From contig OZ253375.1 of NCBI GenBank assembly GCA_965261005.1, forward strand, positions 716,057 through 780,056: a stretch of 64,000 nt of DNA, written 5' to 3'. The notes beneath the pieces were generated by a model. It ran no database searches. It saw only the letters and a list, made by a program, of their open reading frames with translations, and was not told the origin of the DNA. The stretch is from Deinococcus sp. GTDB lineage: Bacteria > Deinococcota > Deinococci > Deinococcales > Deinococcaceae. The translations under genes and the position numbers were made by a program. Each line of letters starts with the position of its first letter. Positions within the stretch are counted from its first letter, which is position 1. This document shows positions 30,641 through 42,020 of this stretch, one piece after another.

Positions 30641-31201
30641 ATGTCCCAGGCCCTGAAGCCGTTTATCAGCGTCGAAGAGTACCTGCGCGGCGAGCAGGAG
30701 TCCGAGGTGCGCCACGACTACGTGGACGGCCAAGTGTTCGCGCAGGCGGGGGCGAGCGACAAGCACAATAGGATTACAGGCAACGTCTTTGCCTTGTTGT
30801 GGAATCTAACGCGCGGCACCTCTTGCCAGCCTTATATCAACGACATGAAGGCGCGCATACACGACAAGATTTTCTACTACCCCGACGTGATGGTGGTCTG
30901 CGAAAGCGCCGCCGACGAAATCTACTTCAAGCGCCGCCCCTGCCTGATCGTGGAGGTGCTGTCCCCCGCAACGGAAGCCTTGGACCGGGGCGCCAAGTTC
31001 GATCAGTACCGCCAGCTGCCCAGCTTGGAAACTTACGTGCTGCTGCACCAGGATAGACCGCGCGCCGAGCTGTACCGCCGGGTGGAGGCGGGTAGGTGGC
31101 TCTACGAGGTGCGAGAGGGGGAGGACGTTCTGCCGCTGAGCTGCCCCAAGGCGGACTTGTCCCTCACAGAGATTTACGAGGGCGTGCCCCTGCCGGACTG
31201 A
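30641..31201 (+). CDS. Uma2-family (DUF820) endonuclease-like protein
   Basis: YLRGEQESEVRHDYVDGQVF, YPDVMVVC, LIVEVLSPAT, KFDQYRQLPSLETYVLL. Confidence 0.85.
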   Translation: MSQALKPFISVEEYLRGEQESEVRHDYVDGQVFAQAGASDKHNRITGNVFALLWNLTRGTSCQPYINDMKARIHDKIFYYPDVMVVCESAADEIYFKRRPCLIVEVLSPATEALDRGAKFDQYRQLPSLETYVLLHQDRPRAELYRRVEAGRWLYEVREGEDVLPLSCPKADLSLTEIYEGVPLPD

Positions 31202-31237
31202 GCGCAACCTTCGGCGGCCCCGGCGCGTACCTGGGAC

Positions 31238-31624
31238 ATGTCCAGCTCCTTGACCAATCCCATTCCCCAAGACCAGCGCACGCCGGTGATCATCGAACAC
31301 CTCGCGCCGCTGGCCGCCTTTTGGCTGCCGGTGCTGGGCAACGTGATCGGGGCGCTGGTCGCGTGGCTGCTGCTGCGCGACCGCCACGCCGCGCTGGACG
31401 AGCAGGGCCGCGAGGTGGTGAACTTCCAGATCTCCATCTCGCTGTACTTCATCGCCTTTACGGCGGTGGTAATCTTGACCTTGGGCATTGGCATCTTGCT
31501 GCTGTGGCCGGTGCTGGTCGGCCTGTACGCGCTACAATTTATCACCATGATCCTGGCGGTGGTGGCGGCGCTGGACGGGCGGCCGTACCGCTATCCATTT
31601 TCGATTCGCTTTCTCAAGGCGTAG
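31238..31624 (+). CDS. DUF4870-like small membrane protein
   Basis: EHLAPLAAFWLPVLGNVIGALVAWLL...EQGREVVNFQISISLY, three TM helices. Confidence 0.7.
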   Translation: MSSSLTNPIPQDQRTPVIIEHLAPLAAFWLPVLGNVIGALVAWLLLRDRHAALDEQGREVVNFQISISLYFIAFTAVVILTLGIGILLLWPVLVGLYALQFITMILAVVAALDGRPYRYPFSIRFLKA

Positions 31625-31658
31625 CGATTCTCAAGGCGTAACAACCGGCCACACCCTT

Positions 31659-31664
31659 TACAAT
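31659..31664 (+). promoter_or_regulatory. -10-like TACAAT 6 nt upstream of ATG 31671
   Basis: TACAATtccgctATG. Confidence 0.35.
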
Positions 31665-31670
31665 TCCGCT

Positions 31671-32408
<738 letters not shown>

Positions 32409-32428
32409 GTGCGCTAGATTCGGGCCAT

Positions 32429-32959
32429 ATGACGGTTCCCATCCAATTCAAGGACACCATTCAGATTCGCGGGCGGGCGGACACGCTGTTTCGCAACGTG
32501 ATGGACCCCCGGCGCCGCGCCAAGTGGGACCCCAACGTCGCGGGCGCCAACTTCGTGGAAGGGGAGCGCCTGGGCAGCGGCACCTTGGTGCGCTTCAAGC
32601 TGCCCCGGCGCCTGCTCGGCTTCAGCTTCACCGCCAAGTACGGCTCCTACCAAGCCCCGACGCGCGGGGGGTGGGAAAGCGTGAGGCCCTTCGGCCCCCT
32701 CGAAAGGCTGGCGCAGGGCTGGGTGTTCAAGCCTGTTCCCGGCGGCAGCGAGGTCACCTTGTCGGTGAACGCGCGGGTGCGCTACCGCTGGCTGGCCGGC
32801 CCGGTGGAGCGGCTGCTGCGGTCGGCCTCGGCGCAAACCCTGATCGAGTTGCAGCGCCAGGTGGACGCGGGCGGCGCGCGGGCCATGCTCGACACCGCGC
32901 GAGAAGTGGCGAAGCAGCAGAAGGCGGCCAAGAAGGGGAAAAAGGCCGGGCCGCGGTGA
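32429..32959 (+). CDS. SRPBCC (START/polyketide-cyclase-like) family protein with Lys-rich tail
   Basis: Size and pattern (IQIRGRADTLFRNVMDPRRRAKWDPNV...). Weak assignment. Confidence 0.6.
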   Translation: MTVPIQFKDTIQIRGRADTLFRNVMDPRRRAKWDPNVAGANFVEGERLGSGTLVRFKLPRRLLGFSFTAKYGSYQAPTRGGWESVRPFGPLERLAQGWVFKPVPGGSEVTLSVNARVRYRWLAGPVERLLRSASAQTLIELQRQVDAGGARAMLDTAREVAKQQKAAKKGKKAGPR

Positions 32960-33004
32960 CCCATTCCTAAACCCTTCTTGAGCCTTTTCACGGCCTCGCC
33001 GGCG

Positions 33005-33010
33005 TAAACT
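33005..33010 (+). promoter_or_regulatory. -10-like TAAACT 7 nt upstream of the gnd ATG
   Basis: TAAACTtgaccgcATG. Confidence 0.3.
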
Positions 33011-33017
33011 TGACCGC

Positions 33018-34024
<1,007 letters not shown>

Positions 34025-34028
<4 letters not shown>

Positions 34029-35611
34029 CCGGCCCGAGCACCAGCTCACCAGTTGCCAGTTCACCGGGCACCAGTTCGCCGGCGACCGCTTCGATGGAGG
34101 CGCCCCCCGTCACCAACCCGCTGCGCGAGGGGATGCGCCGCAAGCGGGCGCCGGAGCCGTGTTCGCTGGTGATCTTCGGCGTGACGGGGGACCTCGCCAA
34201 GCGCAAGCTGCTGCCGGCGGTGTTCGGCTTGTGGCAAGACGGCCAATTGGGGCCGGGCTTTTCGGTGGTGGGGGTGGGCCGCGCCCCGATGGACGACGCC
34301 GACTTCAAGGCGATGGTGCAGGACGCCCTGACCACCAGCAAGGAGACCGACGCCATTTTGGAGGGCAGCTTGGAGCGCTTCGCGGACCTGCTCTCCTACG
34401 TGGGCGGCGAGTTCGGCGAGGGGGCCACCTACGCCGACATCGGTTCGGCCCTCGAAAAGGTCGAGACGGCGCGCGGGGCCGGGCACAACGCCCTCTTCTA
34501 CCTTTCGACGCCGCCCAGCCTGTTCGAAATCGTGTCCAAGGGGCTGGGCGAGGCGGGCCTCGCGAACGAGCAGAACGGTTGGCGCCGCCTGATCATCGAA
34601 AAGCCCTTCGGGACCGACCTGGGAAGCGCCCTCGACCTCAACGCCGAGATTCACCAGTTTTGGCAAGAGGAGCAGGTCTACCGCATCGACCATTACCTGG
34701 GCAAGGAGACCGTTCAGAACGTCCTCGCGATTCGCTTCGGAAATTTGATCTTCGAGCCGATCTGGAACCGCTCCTACGTGGAGCACGTGCAGATCACGGC
34801 CGCCGAGGACCTGGGCATGGAGGGGCGCGGCGGCTACTACGAGGAGGCCGGCGCCGTGCGCGACATGCTGCAAAACCACTTGTTGCAGCTGTTCACCTTG
34901 GTCGCGATGGAGCCGCCGGTCGCCTTCGACGCCGACGCCATTCGCGACGAAAAGGTCAAGGTGCTGCGCGCGGTGCATCCCATCCCGGCCACGCGGGTGG
35001 CCGAGGTGGCGGTGCGCGGCCAGTACGGTCCCGGCACCATGTACGGCGAGCGGGTGCCCGGCTACCGCGAGGAAAAGAACGTCGCGCCGGACTCCGTGAC
35101 GCCCACCTACCTGGCCCTCAAGCTGGAGGTGGACAATTGGCGCTGGAAGGGCGTGCCGTTTTTCCTGCGCACGGGGAAGCGGCTGCCCAAAAAGGTCACC
35201 GAGATCGCGGTGGTCTTTCGCCGGCCGCCGCTGGGTTTGTTTCCCGGCGGCTTGGAGCGCAACGTGCTCGCCTTTAGAATCCAGCCCGACGAGGGAGTCA
35301 GCCTCAAGCTCTCCAGCAAGACCCCCGGGCAGGAAAATACCCTGCGCGAGGTGGTGATGGACTTCCGCTACGACGCCTTTGGGGCCGAACTGGAGAGCGC
35401 CTACTCACGTCTGTTGCTGGACGCCATGCTGGGGGACGCCACCCTCTTTCCGCGCGAGGACGAGGTGGAGCGCGCTTGGAAGCTGGTCAGCGGCATTCTG
35501 GAAGCTTGGCAGGCCCCCGACCCCGCCCTGCCCAACTACGCCGCCGGCACCTGGGGACCCGACGCCGCCGACGAGTTGATCGGCGAGGGCCGGCGCTGGA
35601 GACACTTGTAG
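34025..35611 (+). CDS. zwf: Glucose-6-phosphate 1-dehydrogenase
   Basis: [43 protein letters not shown]. Start is either ATG 34025 (ATGA overlap with the gnd stop) or ATG 34094. Confidence 0.92.
34038..34097 (+). repeat. Four tandem 15-bp units between the gnd stop and the conserved zwf core
   Basis: GCACCAGCTCACCAG / TTGCCAGTTCACCGG / GCACCAGTTCGCCGG / CGACCGCTTCGATGG. Confidence 0.8.
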
Positions 35612-35624
35612 AAAAAGGAGTCGT

Positions 35625-36593
35625 ATGCCGCAAACACTCGCTCTAAAGCCGCTCGGCCCGGTCGTCTCGGACGTGCGCGGCGCGCAGCTCGCGCTCGACG
35701 CCTTGTGGGACCAGACCGAGATCGAGTCGCGCGCCTACACGGGCAACTTGATCGCACTGACCGAAAAAAAGCACCTCGTGCGGGTGCAGGAGGCGCTGGC
35801 CACCATCGGCGGGCGCTACGCGGGGCGCCAGATCGTCGGCGTGATGGACGGCGACGACACCGTAGACGTCGAGGTGAGCCTTGTGCCGCAGCGCGGGCTG
35901 TACGTGGAGCGACTCGTGCTGGACGCCAACGCCGAGCAGCTTCAAGGGGCCATTTTGCCCCTTCTGCGCCCCGCCACCATGAACCACCTGTGGTGGGCCT
36001 CCAACACCCCTCCCGGCGGGGCGCTGCTTCAGGAACTCGCCGAGATCGCCGACCAGGTGATCGCCGACACCCTGGCGCTCCACCTGCACGAGGACGTCCG
36101 CTTCGCCCTCTCGGACCTCGGCTGGGCGCGCACCAGCGTGTGGCGCGAGGCGACCGCGCAGCTGTTCGACGCCCCCGAGGCGGCGGCGCAGTTGCGGCGG
36201 CTCACGCGGCTCAGGGTCAGCTTTGCCGGCAGCAACGACCGGCCGGCGCGGCTGTTCGCGGGCTGGGTGGCGTCCAAGCTGGGCTGGCTGAGCGCGGGTG
36301 GGGTCGAGATCGCGCCCGAGCCGGGCTGCCAACGTGAAAACGGCGATTTGTGCGGTGTGACGCTGTCCGGCCCAGCTGAGAATGGCGCTAGCTTCGAGCT
36401 GCGCGGCGGCGAGGGCTACAGCGTGCGGACCACGGTGCGCTACGGCAGCGTCGAGCACAGCGTGGAGAGCAGCTTGCCGCCGCTCTCGCTGGGCGAGGGC
36501 CTGGGCCAGCTGATGGCGCGGCCGGCGCAAAACGACAACTTCGAGGACGCCCTCAAGGTCGCTCGGCGCCTGAAAAGCGGGAACCCGGCTTGA
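35625..36593 (+). CDS. opcA: OpcA (glucose-6-phosphate dehydrogenase assembly protein)
   Basis: Position directly after zwf. [17 protein letters not shown]...[15 protein letters not shown]. Typical length. Confidence 0.82.
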   Translation: MPQTLALKPLGPVVSDVRGAQLALDALWDQTEIESRAYTGNLIALTEKKHLVRVQEALATIGGRYAGRQIVGVMDGDDTVDVEVSLVPQRGLYVERLVLDANAEQLQGAILPLLRPATMNHLWWASNTPPGGALLQELAEIADQVIADTLALHLHEDVRFALSDLGWARTSVWREATAQLFDAPEAAAQLRRLTRLRVSFAGSNDRPARLFAGWVASKLGWLSAGGVEIAPEPGCQRENGDLCGVTLSGPAENGASFELRGGEGYSVRTTVRYGSVEHSVESSLPPLSLGEGLGQLMARPAQNDNFEDALKVARRLKSGNPA

Positions 36594-37255
36594 GGTGGCG
36601 TGATTTCCCGTCGCCGCAGGCGTTGGGCGAGGCGGCGGCGGCCGATTTCGCCGTTCTGGCTGGGGAGGCGGTGCGGGAGCGCGGCGCCTTTCGCGTCGCG
36701 CTGTCGGGCGGCAGCACGCCCAAGCACCTGTACCGGGCGCTGCTGGGTCAGCAGGTGCCGTGGGCGCAGACGTGGGTCTACTTCTCGGACGAGCGCAGCG
36801 TGCCGCCCGACTCTGCGGAGAGCAACTTCAAGCTGGCCCACGATGAGCTGCTGAGCAAGGTGGCCGTGCCGCAGGATCACGTTCTGCGAATGCGCGGCGA
36901 ACTCGATCCGCAGGAGGCGGCGCGCGCCTACGAGGCGCAGTTGCCGGCGCAACTCGACCTGGTGCTGCTGGGCATGGGTGACGACGGCCACACCGCCAGC
37001 CTGTTTCCCGGCACGGCGGGGCTGGGCGCGGCGGGCCGGGTGACGGCCAACTTGGTGCCCAAGCTGGACACTTGGCGCCTGAGCTTTACCTTTGAGGAGA
37101 TTGGCGCCGCACGTGAACGCTGGCTGCTGGTCACCGGCGACAACAAGGCGGCCATCTTAAGGGACGTGGCGGCGGGCCAGGGGGACTACCCGGTGGCGCG
37201 GGTCAAGGACCCGACTTGGTACCTCGACGAGGCGGCGGCCAAGCTGCTGAAGTGA
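36590..37255 (+). CDS. pgl: 6-phosphogluconolactonase
   Basis: [38 protein letters not shown]. Confidence 0.9.
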   Translation: MRWRDFPSPQALGEAAAADFAVLAGEAVRERGAFRVALSGGSTPKHLYRALLGQQVPWAQTWVYFSDERSVPPDSAESNFKLAHDELLSKVAVPQDHVLRMRGELDPQEAARAYEAQLPAQLDLVLLGMGDDGHTASLFPGTAGLGAAGRVTANLVPKLDTWRLSFTFEEIGAARERWLLVTGDNKAAILRDVAAGQGDYPVARVKDPTWYLDEAAAKLLK

Positions 37256-37309
37256 TGGGCGGGCGCTTCTCAGCGGGCCGTCAGGCGCGGGTGCCATAGT
37301 GGGTCATCC

Positions 37310-37705
37310 ATGCGACGGCTTTTTGCTCTGATTCCCCTCCTCCTCAGCGCGGGCCTCGCGCAGCCGCTGCCCGCCGGCAGCTGGACCCTCTACCGCACGG
37401 GGCGCGGCAACCAGCACGACACGGTCACGCGCGCTCACAAGCCGACCATCCGGTTTGAGAACGGGCGCGTGACGGGCAACGCGAGCTGCAATACCTACTT
37501 CGGCGGCTACAGCGCCGAGGGGGCCGAACTTGAGCTTGGTCCCCTCGGCGCGACCAGGAAAGCCTGCGCCTTTCCCGCCGAGGGCCTGCTGGAAGCGCGC
37601 TTTCTCAACTCGCTCGCCAAGGTGAAGCGCTACGGCGTGTCGGGCGGCTTTTTGGTTCTGTACACCACCGACCGCGAAACGTTGGTTTTCAAACGCTCGG
37701 GGTAA
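37310..37705 (+). CDS. META-domain (HslJ-like) secreted protein
   Basis: Signal peptide. ENGRVTGNASCNTYFGGY...LGATRKAC is typical of META domains. Confidence 0.8.
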   Translation: MRRLFALIPLLLSAGLAQPLPAGSWTLYRTGRGNQHDTVTRAHKPTIRFENGRVTGNASCNTYFGGYSAEGAELELGPLGATRKACAFPAEGLLEARFLNSLAKVKRYGVSGGFLVLYTTDRETLVFKRSG

Positions 37706-39134
37706 CGCCGACCAACGCCAAGGCCCGGTCAATCCGGCCGAGGGTGCGCTCCCGGCCCAGGGCTTCCAGCATCTCGAACATGCCGGGGCTTTCGGAGGTG
37801 CCCGCCAGCGCCGCACGCAGCGGCTGCATCACCTTGCCGGCCCCCACGCCGGCCGCCCCCGCGAAGCCGCGCAGCAAGGGTTCGGTCGTTTCCGGCGAAA
37901 AGTCCTCCGCCTGAGCCAGGGCGTCCCGCAGACCGGGCAGCAGGTTCTTGCCGTCCTCTAACAGCCGCAGCGCCTTGTCACTGAAGGGGTAGTCCTCGGT
38001 CCAGAAATAGCGCGACTTGTCCCAGAACTCGCCCAGCGTGTCCATGCGCGGGGCCAACATGGCGACCACCTGCTTGAAGTAGCCGTCGAGGGGCAGGTCG
38101 TGGCCCCGCTCCTTTAAGAAGGCGTGCAGCCTCTCGGCCAATTCCTCTAAGCTCAGCACCTCGCGCAGGTACTTGCCGTTCAGCCAACTGAGCTTGGCGA
38201 GGTCAAAGACCGAGCCGCCCAGGCTGACGCGCTCCCAGGAGAAGTGCCGGGTCATATCTTGGACAGTAAAGACCTCGCGCCCGTCCGGCATGGACCAGCC
38301 CATCATGCCCAGGTAGTTGAGCAGCGCTTCGGGCAGAATGCCCTGCGCGCGGAACCACTCGACGGAGGTATTCCCCTTGCGCTTGGACAGCTTGGTCTTG
38401 TCGGGGTTGCGCAGCAGCGGCAGGTGAATCCAGACGGGCTGGGGCCAATTGAACGCCCCATACAGCAAGACGTGCAGCGGCGCCGACGAGAGCCACTCCT
38501 CGCCGCGCAGAACGTGGGTCACACTCATATCGTGGTCGTCCACCACCACGCCGAGGTGGTAGGTCGGAAAGCCGTCCGACTTGAGCAGCACCGCGTCCTC
38601 CAAACCCGCGTTCTCGAAGACGACGTCGCCGCGCAGCTCGTCTTTCACCACGGTCTGCCCCTCGCGCGGCACCTTGAGGCGGACGACGTGCGGCTCGCCG
38701 TTCTGCGCTCTCGTCTGCGCCTCCTGCGGCGAGAGGTCGCGCGACGGCACCCGGATGACGGTGCCCGCCGCCTGCGCCTGGGTTCTCAGGGCGGCGAGTT
38801 CCTCGGGCGTCTCAAAGGCCCGGTAGGCGGCCCCGCTCGCCAAGAGGTTGTCGGCGGCCTCGTGGTACAGCGGCAGCCGCTCGGACTGGCGGTAGGGGCT
38901 GTGCGAACCGCCCAGGTCCGGCCCTTGGTCGTGGGGGATGCCCAGCCAAGCGAGGGCGTCCAGAATGCGCGCCTCGGACTCGGCGCTGTAGCGCTTGCGG
39001 TCGGTGTCCTCGATGCGGACGATGAACTGCCCCGAACTCTGGCGGGCCAGCACGAAGTCGAACAGCGCTTGGTAGGCGGTCCCCACGTGCGGGTCGCCGG
39101 TGGGACTGGGGGCGATGCGGGTCACGACGGTCAT
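37689..39134 (-). CDS. gltX: Glutamate--tRNA ligase
   Basis: Start MTVVTRIAPSPTGDPHVGTAY (HIGH-type motif). KLSKRK (KMSKS-type). The 185 upstream codons of the ORF track are rejected. Confidence 0.95.
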   Translation of the reverse strand: MTVVTRIAPSPTGDPHVGTAYQALFDFVLARQSSGQFIVRIEDTDRKRYSAESEARILDALAWLGIPHDQGPDLGGSHSPYRQSERLPLYHEAADNLLASGAAYRAFETPEELAALRTQAQAAGTVIRVPSRDLSPQEAQTRAQNGEPHVVRLKVPREGQTVVKDELRGDVVFENAGLEDAVLLKSDGFPTYHLGVVVDDHDMSVTHVLRGEEWLSSAPLHVLLYGAFNWPQPVWIHLPLLRNPDKTKLSKRKGNTSVEWFRAQGILPEALLNYLGMMGWSMPDGREVFTVQDMTRHFSWERVSLGGSVFDLAKLSWLNGKYLREVLSLEELAERLHAFLKERGHDLPLDGYFKQVVAMLAPRMDTLGEFWDKSRYFWTEDYPFSDKALRLLEDGKNLLPGLRDALAQAEDFSPETTEPLLRGFAGAAGVGAGKVMQPLRAALAGTSESPGMFEMLEALGRERTLGRIDRALALVGVTPSV

Positions 39135-39188
39135 GGGGCCAGGATACTGCCCCCCTCGAAGTAACAGGGTCGGCGAGAACGCGCAACT

Positions 39189-39194
39189 TAAGAT
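39189..39194 (+). promoter_or_regulatory. -10-like TAAGAT 6 nt upstream of the tam ATG
   Basis: TAAGATtcggccATG. Confidence 0.3.
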
Positions 39195-39200
39195 TCGGCC

Positions 39201-40007
39201 ATGCCCTGGAACCCCGACACCTACTTGCAGTTCGCCGCCGAGCGCGCCGCCCCGGCGCACGACTTGTTCGAGTTGATCTCCCCCGAACCTCACAGCGTCG
39301 TTGATTTGGGCTGCGGCACAGGGGAGCACACCGCCGCCCTGGCCGCCCGCTTTCCGGGAGCAGAGGTGACGGGCCTCGACAGCTCGGAGGAGATGCTGGC
39401 GCGGGCACGGAATTTGTTGACAGGGGTAGGGGAGGGTTTGAAACCCTCCCCTACCGGGCGGCAGCCCAACCTGACCTTTCGGCAGGGCCGGATTGAAGAC
39501 CTCGCTGGCGGGTACGACCTGATCTTCTCCAATGCCGCGCTGCAATGGCTGCCGGACCACCGCGACTTGCTGGCCCGCTTGTGGCGGCACCTCAACCCCG
39601 GTGGCCAGCTGGCCGTGCAGGTGCCGTCCAACTTCGACCATCCCTCGCACCGTTTGCTGGCGGGGACGGCGGGAGAGGCGCCGTTTCATGACGCTTTGGG
39701 AAACTGGACCCGCTACGGCAGCGCCCCGGTGCTGGGCATCACAGAGTACGGCGAGACGCTGTTTCGGTTGGGCGGGCAGGACATCACCGCCTTTGAGAAG
39801 ATCTATCCCGTCGTACTGAAGGACGCCGACGGCGTGCTGGCCTGGACCTCAGGCACGGCGCTCTTGCCGTACCTGGAACGTTTGCCGGAGGAACTGCGCG
39901 GCCCCTTTCGCGAAACGTACCGGCGAAAGCTGTGGGCCGAGTGGCCCGCCGGCCCAGTGTTCTACGCCTTTAAAAGGACGCTGTTCGCGGCAAATAAACC
40001 GTCGTAG
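39201..40007 (+). CDS. tam: Trans-aconitate 2-methyltransferase-like SAM methyltransferase carrying an in-frame hairpin-element insertion
   Basis: WNPDTYLQFAAER, VVDLGCGTGEHT, GLDSSEEML, IFSNAALQWLPDH, as in E. coli Tam. Confidence 0.85.
   Translation: MPWNPDTYLQFAAERAAPAHDLFELISPEPHSVVDLGCGTGEHTAALAARFPGAEVTGLDSSEEMLARARNLLTGVGEGLKPSPTGRQPNLTFRQGRIEDLAGGYDLIFSNAALQWLPDHRDLLARLWRHLNPGGQLAVQVPSNFDHPSHRLLAGTAGEAPFHDALGNWTRYGSAPVLGITEYGETLFRLGGQDITAFEKIYPVVLKDADGVLAWTSGTALLPYLERLPEELRGPFRETYRRKLWAEWPAGPVFYAFKRTLFAANKPS
39426..39454. repeat. 29-nt hairpin element copy 1 (inside the tam coding sequence)
   Basis: GTAGGGGAGGGTTTgAAACCCTCCCCTAC, 14-bp perfect arms. Confidence 0.9.
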
Positions 40008-40032
40008 GGGAGGGTTTGAAACCCTCCCCTAC
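40004..40032. repeat. 29-nt hairpin element copy 2 (contains the tam TAG stop, between convergent tam and argS)
   Basis: Identical 29-mer. An extra right-arm fragment AAACCCTCCCC lies at 40039-40049. Confidence 0.9.
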
Positions 40033-40069
40033 CCACCACAAACCCTCCCCGATCATTCTCCTCGGCTCC

Positions 40070-41926
40070 TCACATCTCCGTCGGCACCTCGATGCCCAGC
40101 CAATTCAGCGTCTCTTTGAGGGCCGCGTGCATGCGCGCCACCAGGGCCACGCGCGCCTCGCGCAGGCCGGGCGCGCTTGCCATCACGTTGGTGTCGTTCT
40201 TGCCGGCCGCGTCCTTGTGGTTGTACCAAGCGTTGAAGACGTTCGCGAGGTCGAGGGCGTACTGCGCGACCGGGTGCGGCGAGTGCTGCCGCACGGCATT
40301 ATCCAGCACCTCGGGGGCGCGGGCGATCACCTTGGCGAGACCCAGCTCCAAATCGGTCAGCTGCGCCCAGTCGGCGTTCTCGGTCGTGTGGCCGGCCTGT
40401 TTCGCCCTCTCAACGATCTTGGCCGCGCGCACCGCCGCGTACTGCACCACCGGGGCGGTGTCCCCCTGAAGGGCCAGCGCCTGGTCCCAGCGAAAGTCAA
40501 TCTGGCGGGTCGGTTCGCTTTTCAGCATGGCGAAGCGCAGGGCGCCGATGCCGACAATGCGCGCCACCTCGGCCGCGTCCGCCAACTCGCGCTCGCCCAA
40601 CACGGCGCGGGCGCGCCCCCTGGCCTCCTCAAGCACCTCGTCCACGCTGAGGGTCACGCCCTTCCGGCCCGACATGGGCTGTCCCTCCAGCAAGACCGTG
40701 CCGTAGGAAAGGTGAAAGGAGCGCTCGGCCTGCGACGGCGCCTCCGCCACAGCCAGGGACGCTTTGACAATGGTCTGCGGGTGGCTCTGGCGGTCGTCAA
40801 TCACGTTGATGACCTCCGTGGCGTGCGCGAAGCGGTCGCTTGGCTGACCTTCCCCCGTCTGACCACCCGGCGCCGAGGTCCACAGCTCCCGGCCGCCGGG
40901 CTGCGTTTCAAACGGCGCGTACTTCAATCCCTCGAACAAGCCGAACTTCCAGAACTGCTGGGCGATGTCCTTGGCGGTGTAGGTCGCCGTGCCGTCCGAG
41001 CGGATCAGGACCAGGGTCGGGTCTTCCAAGCCGGGGATGAACTCGGACACGTCCATCACGAAGGCGCCGGCATATTTCCCCTCGGTCGGGTGCGAGGTGT
41101 AGGGACTCGCCTCCAAAAGGTCCATCGCGCGCCGCAGAAAGCCGCTGCCCACGATGTCCGACTCCCACACCAGCAGGTCGTAGCGGGCGCCCAGGGCGGA
41201 GCAAGTCTCCAGCTGCGCCCGCACGATCTCCTCCACGTCGGCGCGGCGCTTCCCGGCCTCCAGGTCATGCAGGACGGCGCGGATACCCTCCTCGTACTGC
41301 GCCTTGTCCGGCTCGGCGTTCAGGTCCACGTACAGCTTACCCAGCCAATGGTCCAGGCGGTTCTTCCAAATGGGCTGATGCTGTCTCCACGCCTCGAACG
41401 CCTCACGCCAATCCTGGCCGGCGTACAGCCCCCGCGCGAACAGCGACTCGGCCGCTTGGCGCCCGGTGTCGTCAATGTAGTTCTGCACCTCGACGGTGAA
41501 GCCCGCCGCGCGGAACACCCGCGCGAGGCTGTCGCCCAGCACCACGTTGCGCAGGTGGCCGACGTGCAGCTCCTTGTTGGGATTGACCGAGGTGTGCTCG
41601 ATCACGACCTTGCCGGGCTGAGGTTCCGGGGAAAAAGGGTTCTCCAGCACCGCGCGCACAAAGGCGCCGGGGTCCAGAAAGAAGTTGAGGTACGGCCCCG
41701 CCGCCTCCACCCGCGCCACCCCGGCGGGCAGCGCGACCGTTTGCGCGAGCTGCGCGGCGATCTGGGCCGGGTTCTGCCGAAGCGACTTGGCGATGATAAA
41801 GGCGGCGGGCGTGCCGTAGTCGCCCGGCTTGTCCGGGGGCGTCTCTTGAATGGCGGCCTCGACCTGGGCGCCGAGTTCCCGGGCGGCGGCCTCCACGGCC
41901 AGCTTCAATTGTGCTTTCAAGTCCAT
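40070..41926 (-). CDS. argS: Arginine--tRNA ligase
   Basis: SVNPNKELHVGHLRN (HIGH). Typical Add-1 and anticodon-binding domains. ATG 41926 is preceded by GGAGAG. Confidence 0.95.
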   Translation of the reverse strand: MDLKAQLKLAVEAAARELGAQVEAAIQETPPDKPGDYGTPAAFIIAKSLRQNPAQIAAQLAQTVALPAGVARVEAAGPYLNFFLDPGAFVRAVLENPFSPEPQPGKVVIEHTSVNPNKELHVGHLRNVVLGDSLARVFRAAGFTVEVQNYIDDTGRQAAESLFARGLYAGQDWREAFEAWRQHQPIWKNRLDHWLGKLYVDLNAEPDKAQYEEGIRAVLHDLEAGKRRADVEEIVRAQLETCSALGARYDLLVWESDIVGSGFLRRAMDLLEASPYTSHPTEGKYAGAFVMDVSEFIPGLEDPTLVLIRSDGTATYTAKDIAQQFWKFGLFEGLKYAPFETQPGGRELWTSAPGGQTGEGQPSDRFAHATEVINVIDDRQSHPQTIVKASLAVAEAPSQAERSFHLSYGTVLLEGQPMSGRKGVTLSVDEVLEEARGRARAVLGERELADAAEVARIVGIGALRFAMLKSEPTRQIDFRWDQALALQGDTAPVVQYAAVRAAKIVERAKQAGHTTENADWAQLTDLELGLAKVIARAPEVLDNAVRQHSPHPVAQYALDLANVFNAWYNHKDAAGKNDTNVMASAPGLREARVALVARMHAALKETLNWLGIEVPTEM

Positions 41927-42020
41927 GTCGCCGCTCTCCACATAAGGGGGAATTCTAGCAGAGCGCCGGCTTCAGCTGCCTGTCACCCAACCGTCAGCTT
42001 CGGGCGGCACAGTAAGAACT

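Noticed and set aside
39135-39689. 185-codon N-terminal extension of gltX in the ORF track
   Set aside because: The extension runs antisense through the start of tam and is low-complexity. GltX homology begins at MTVVTRIAPSPTGDPH (ATG 39134).
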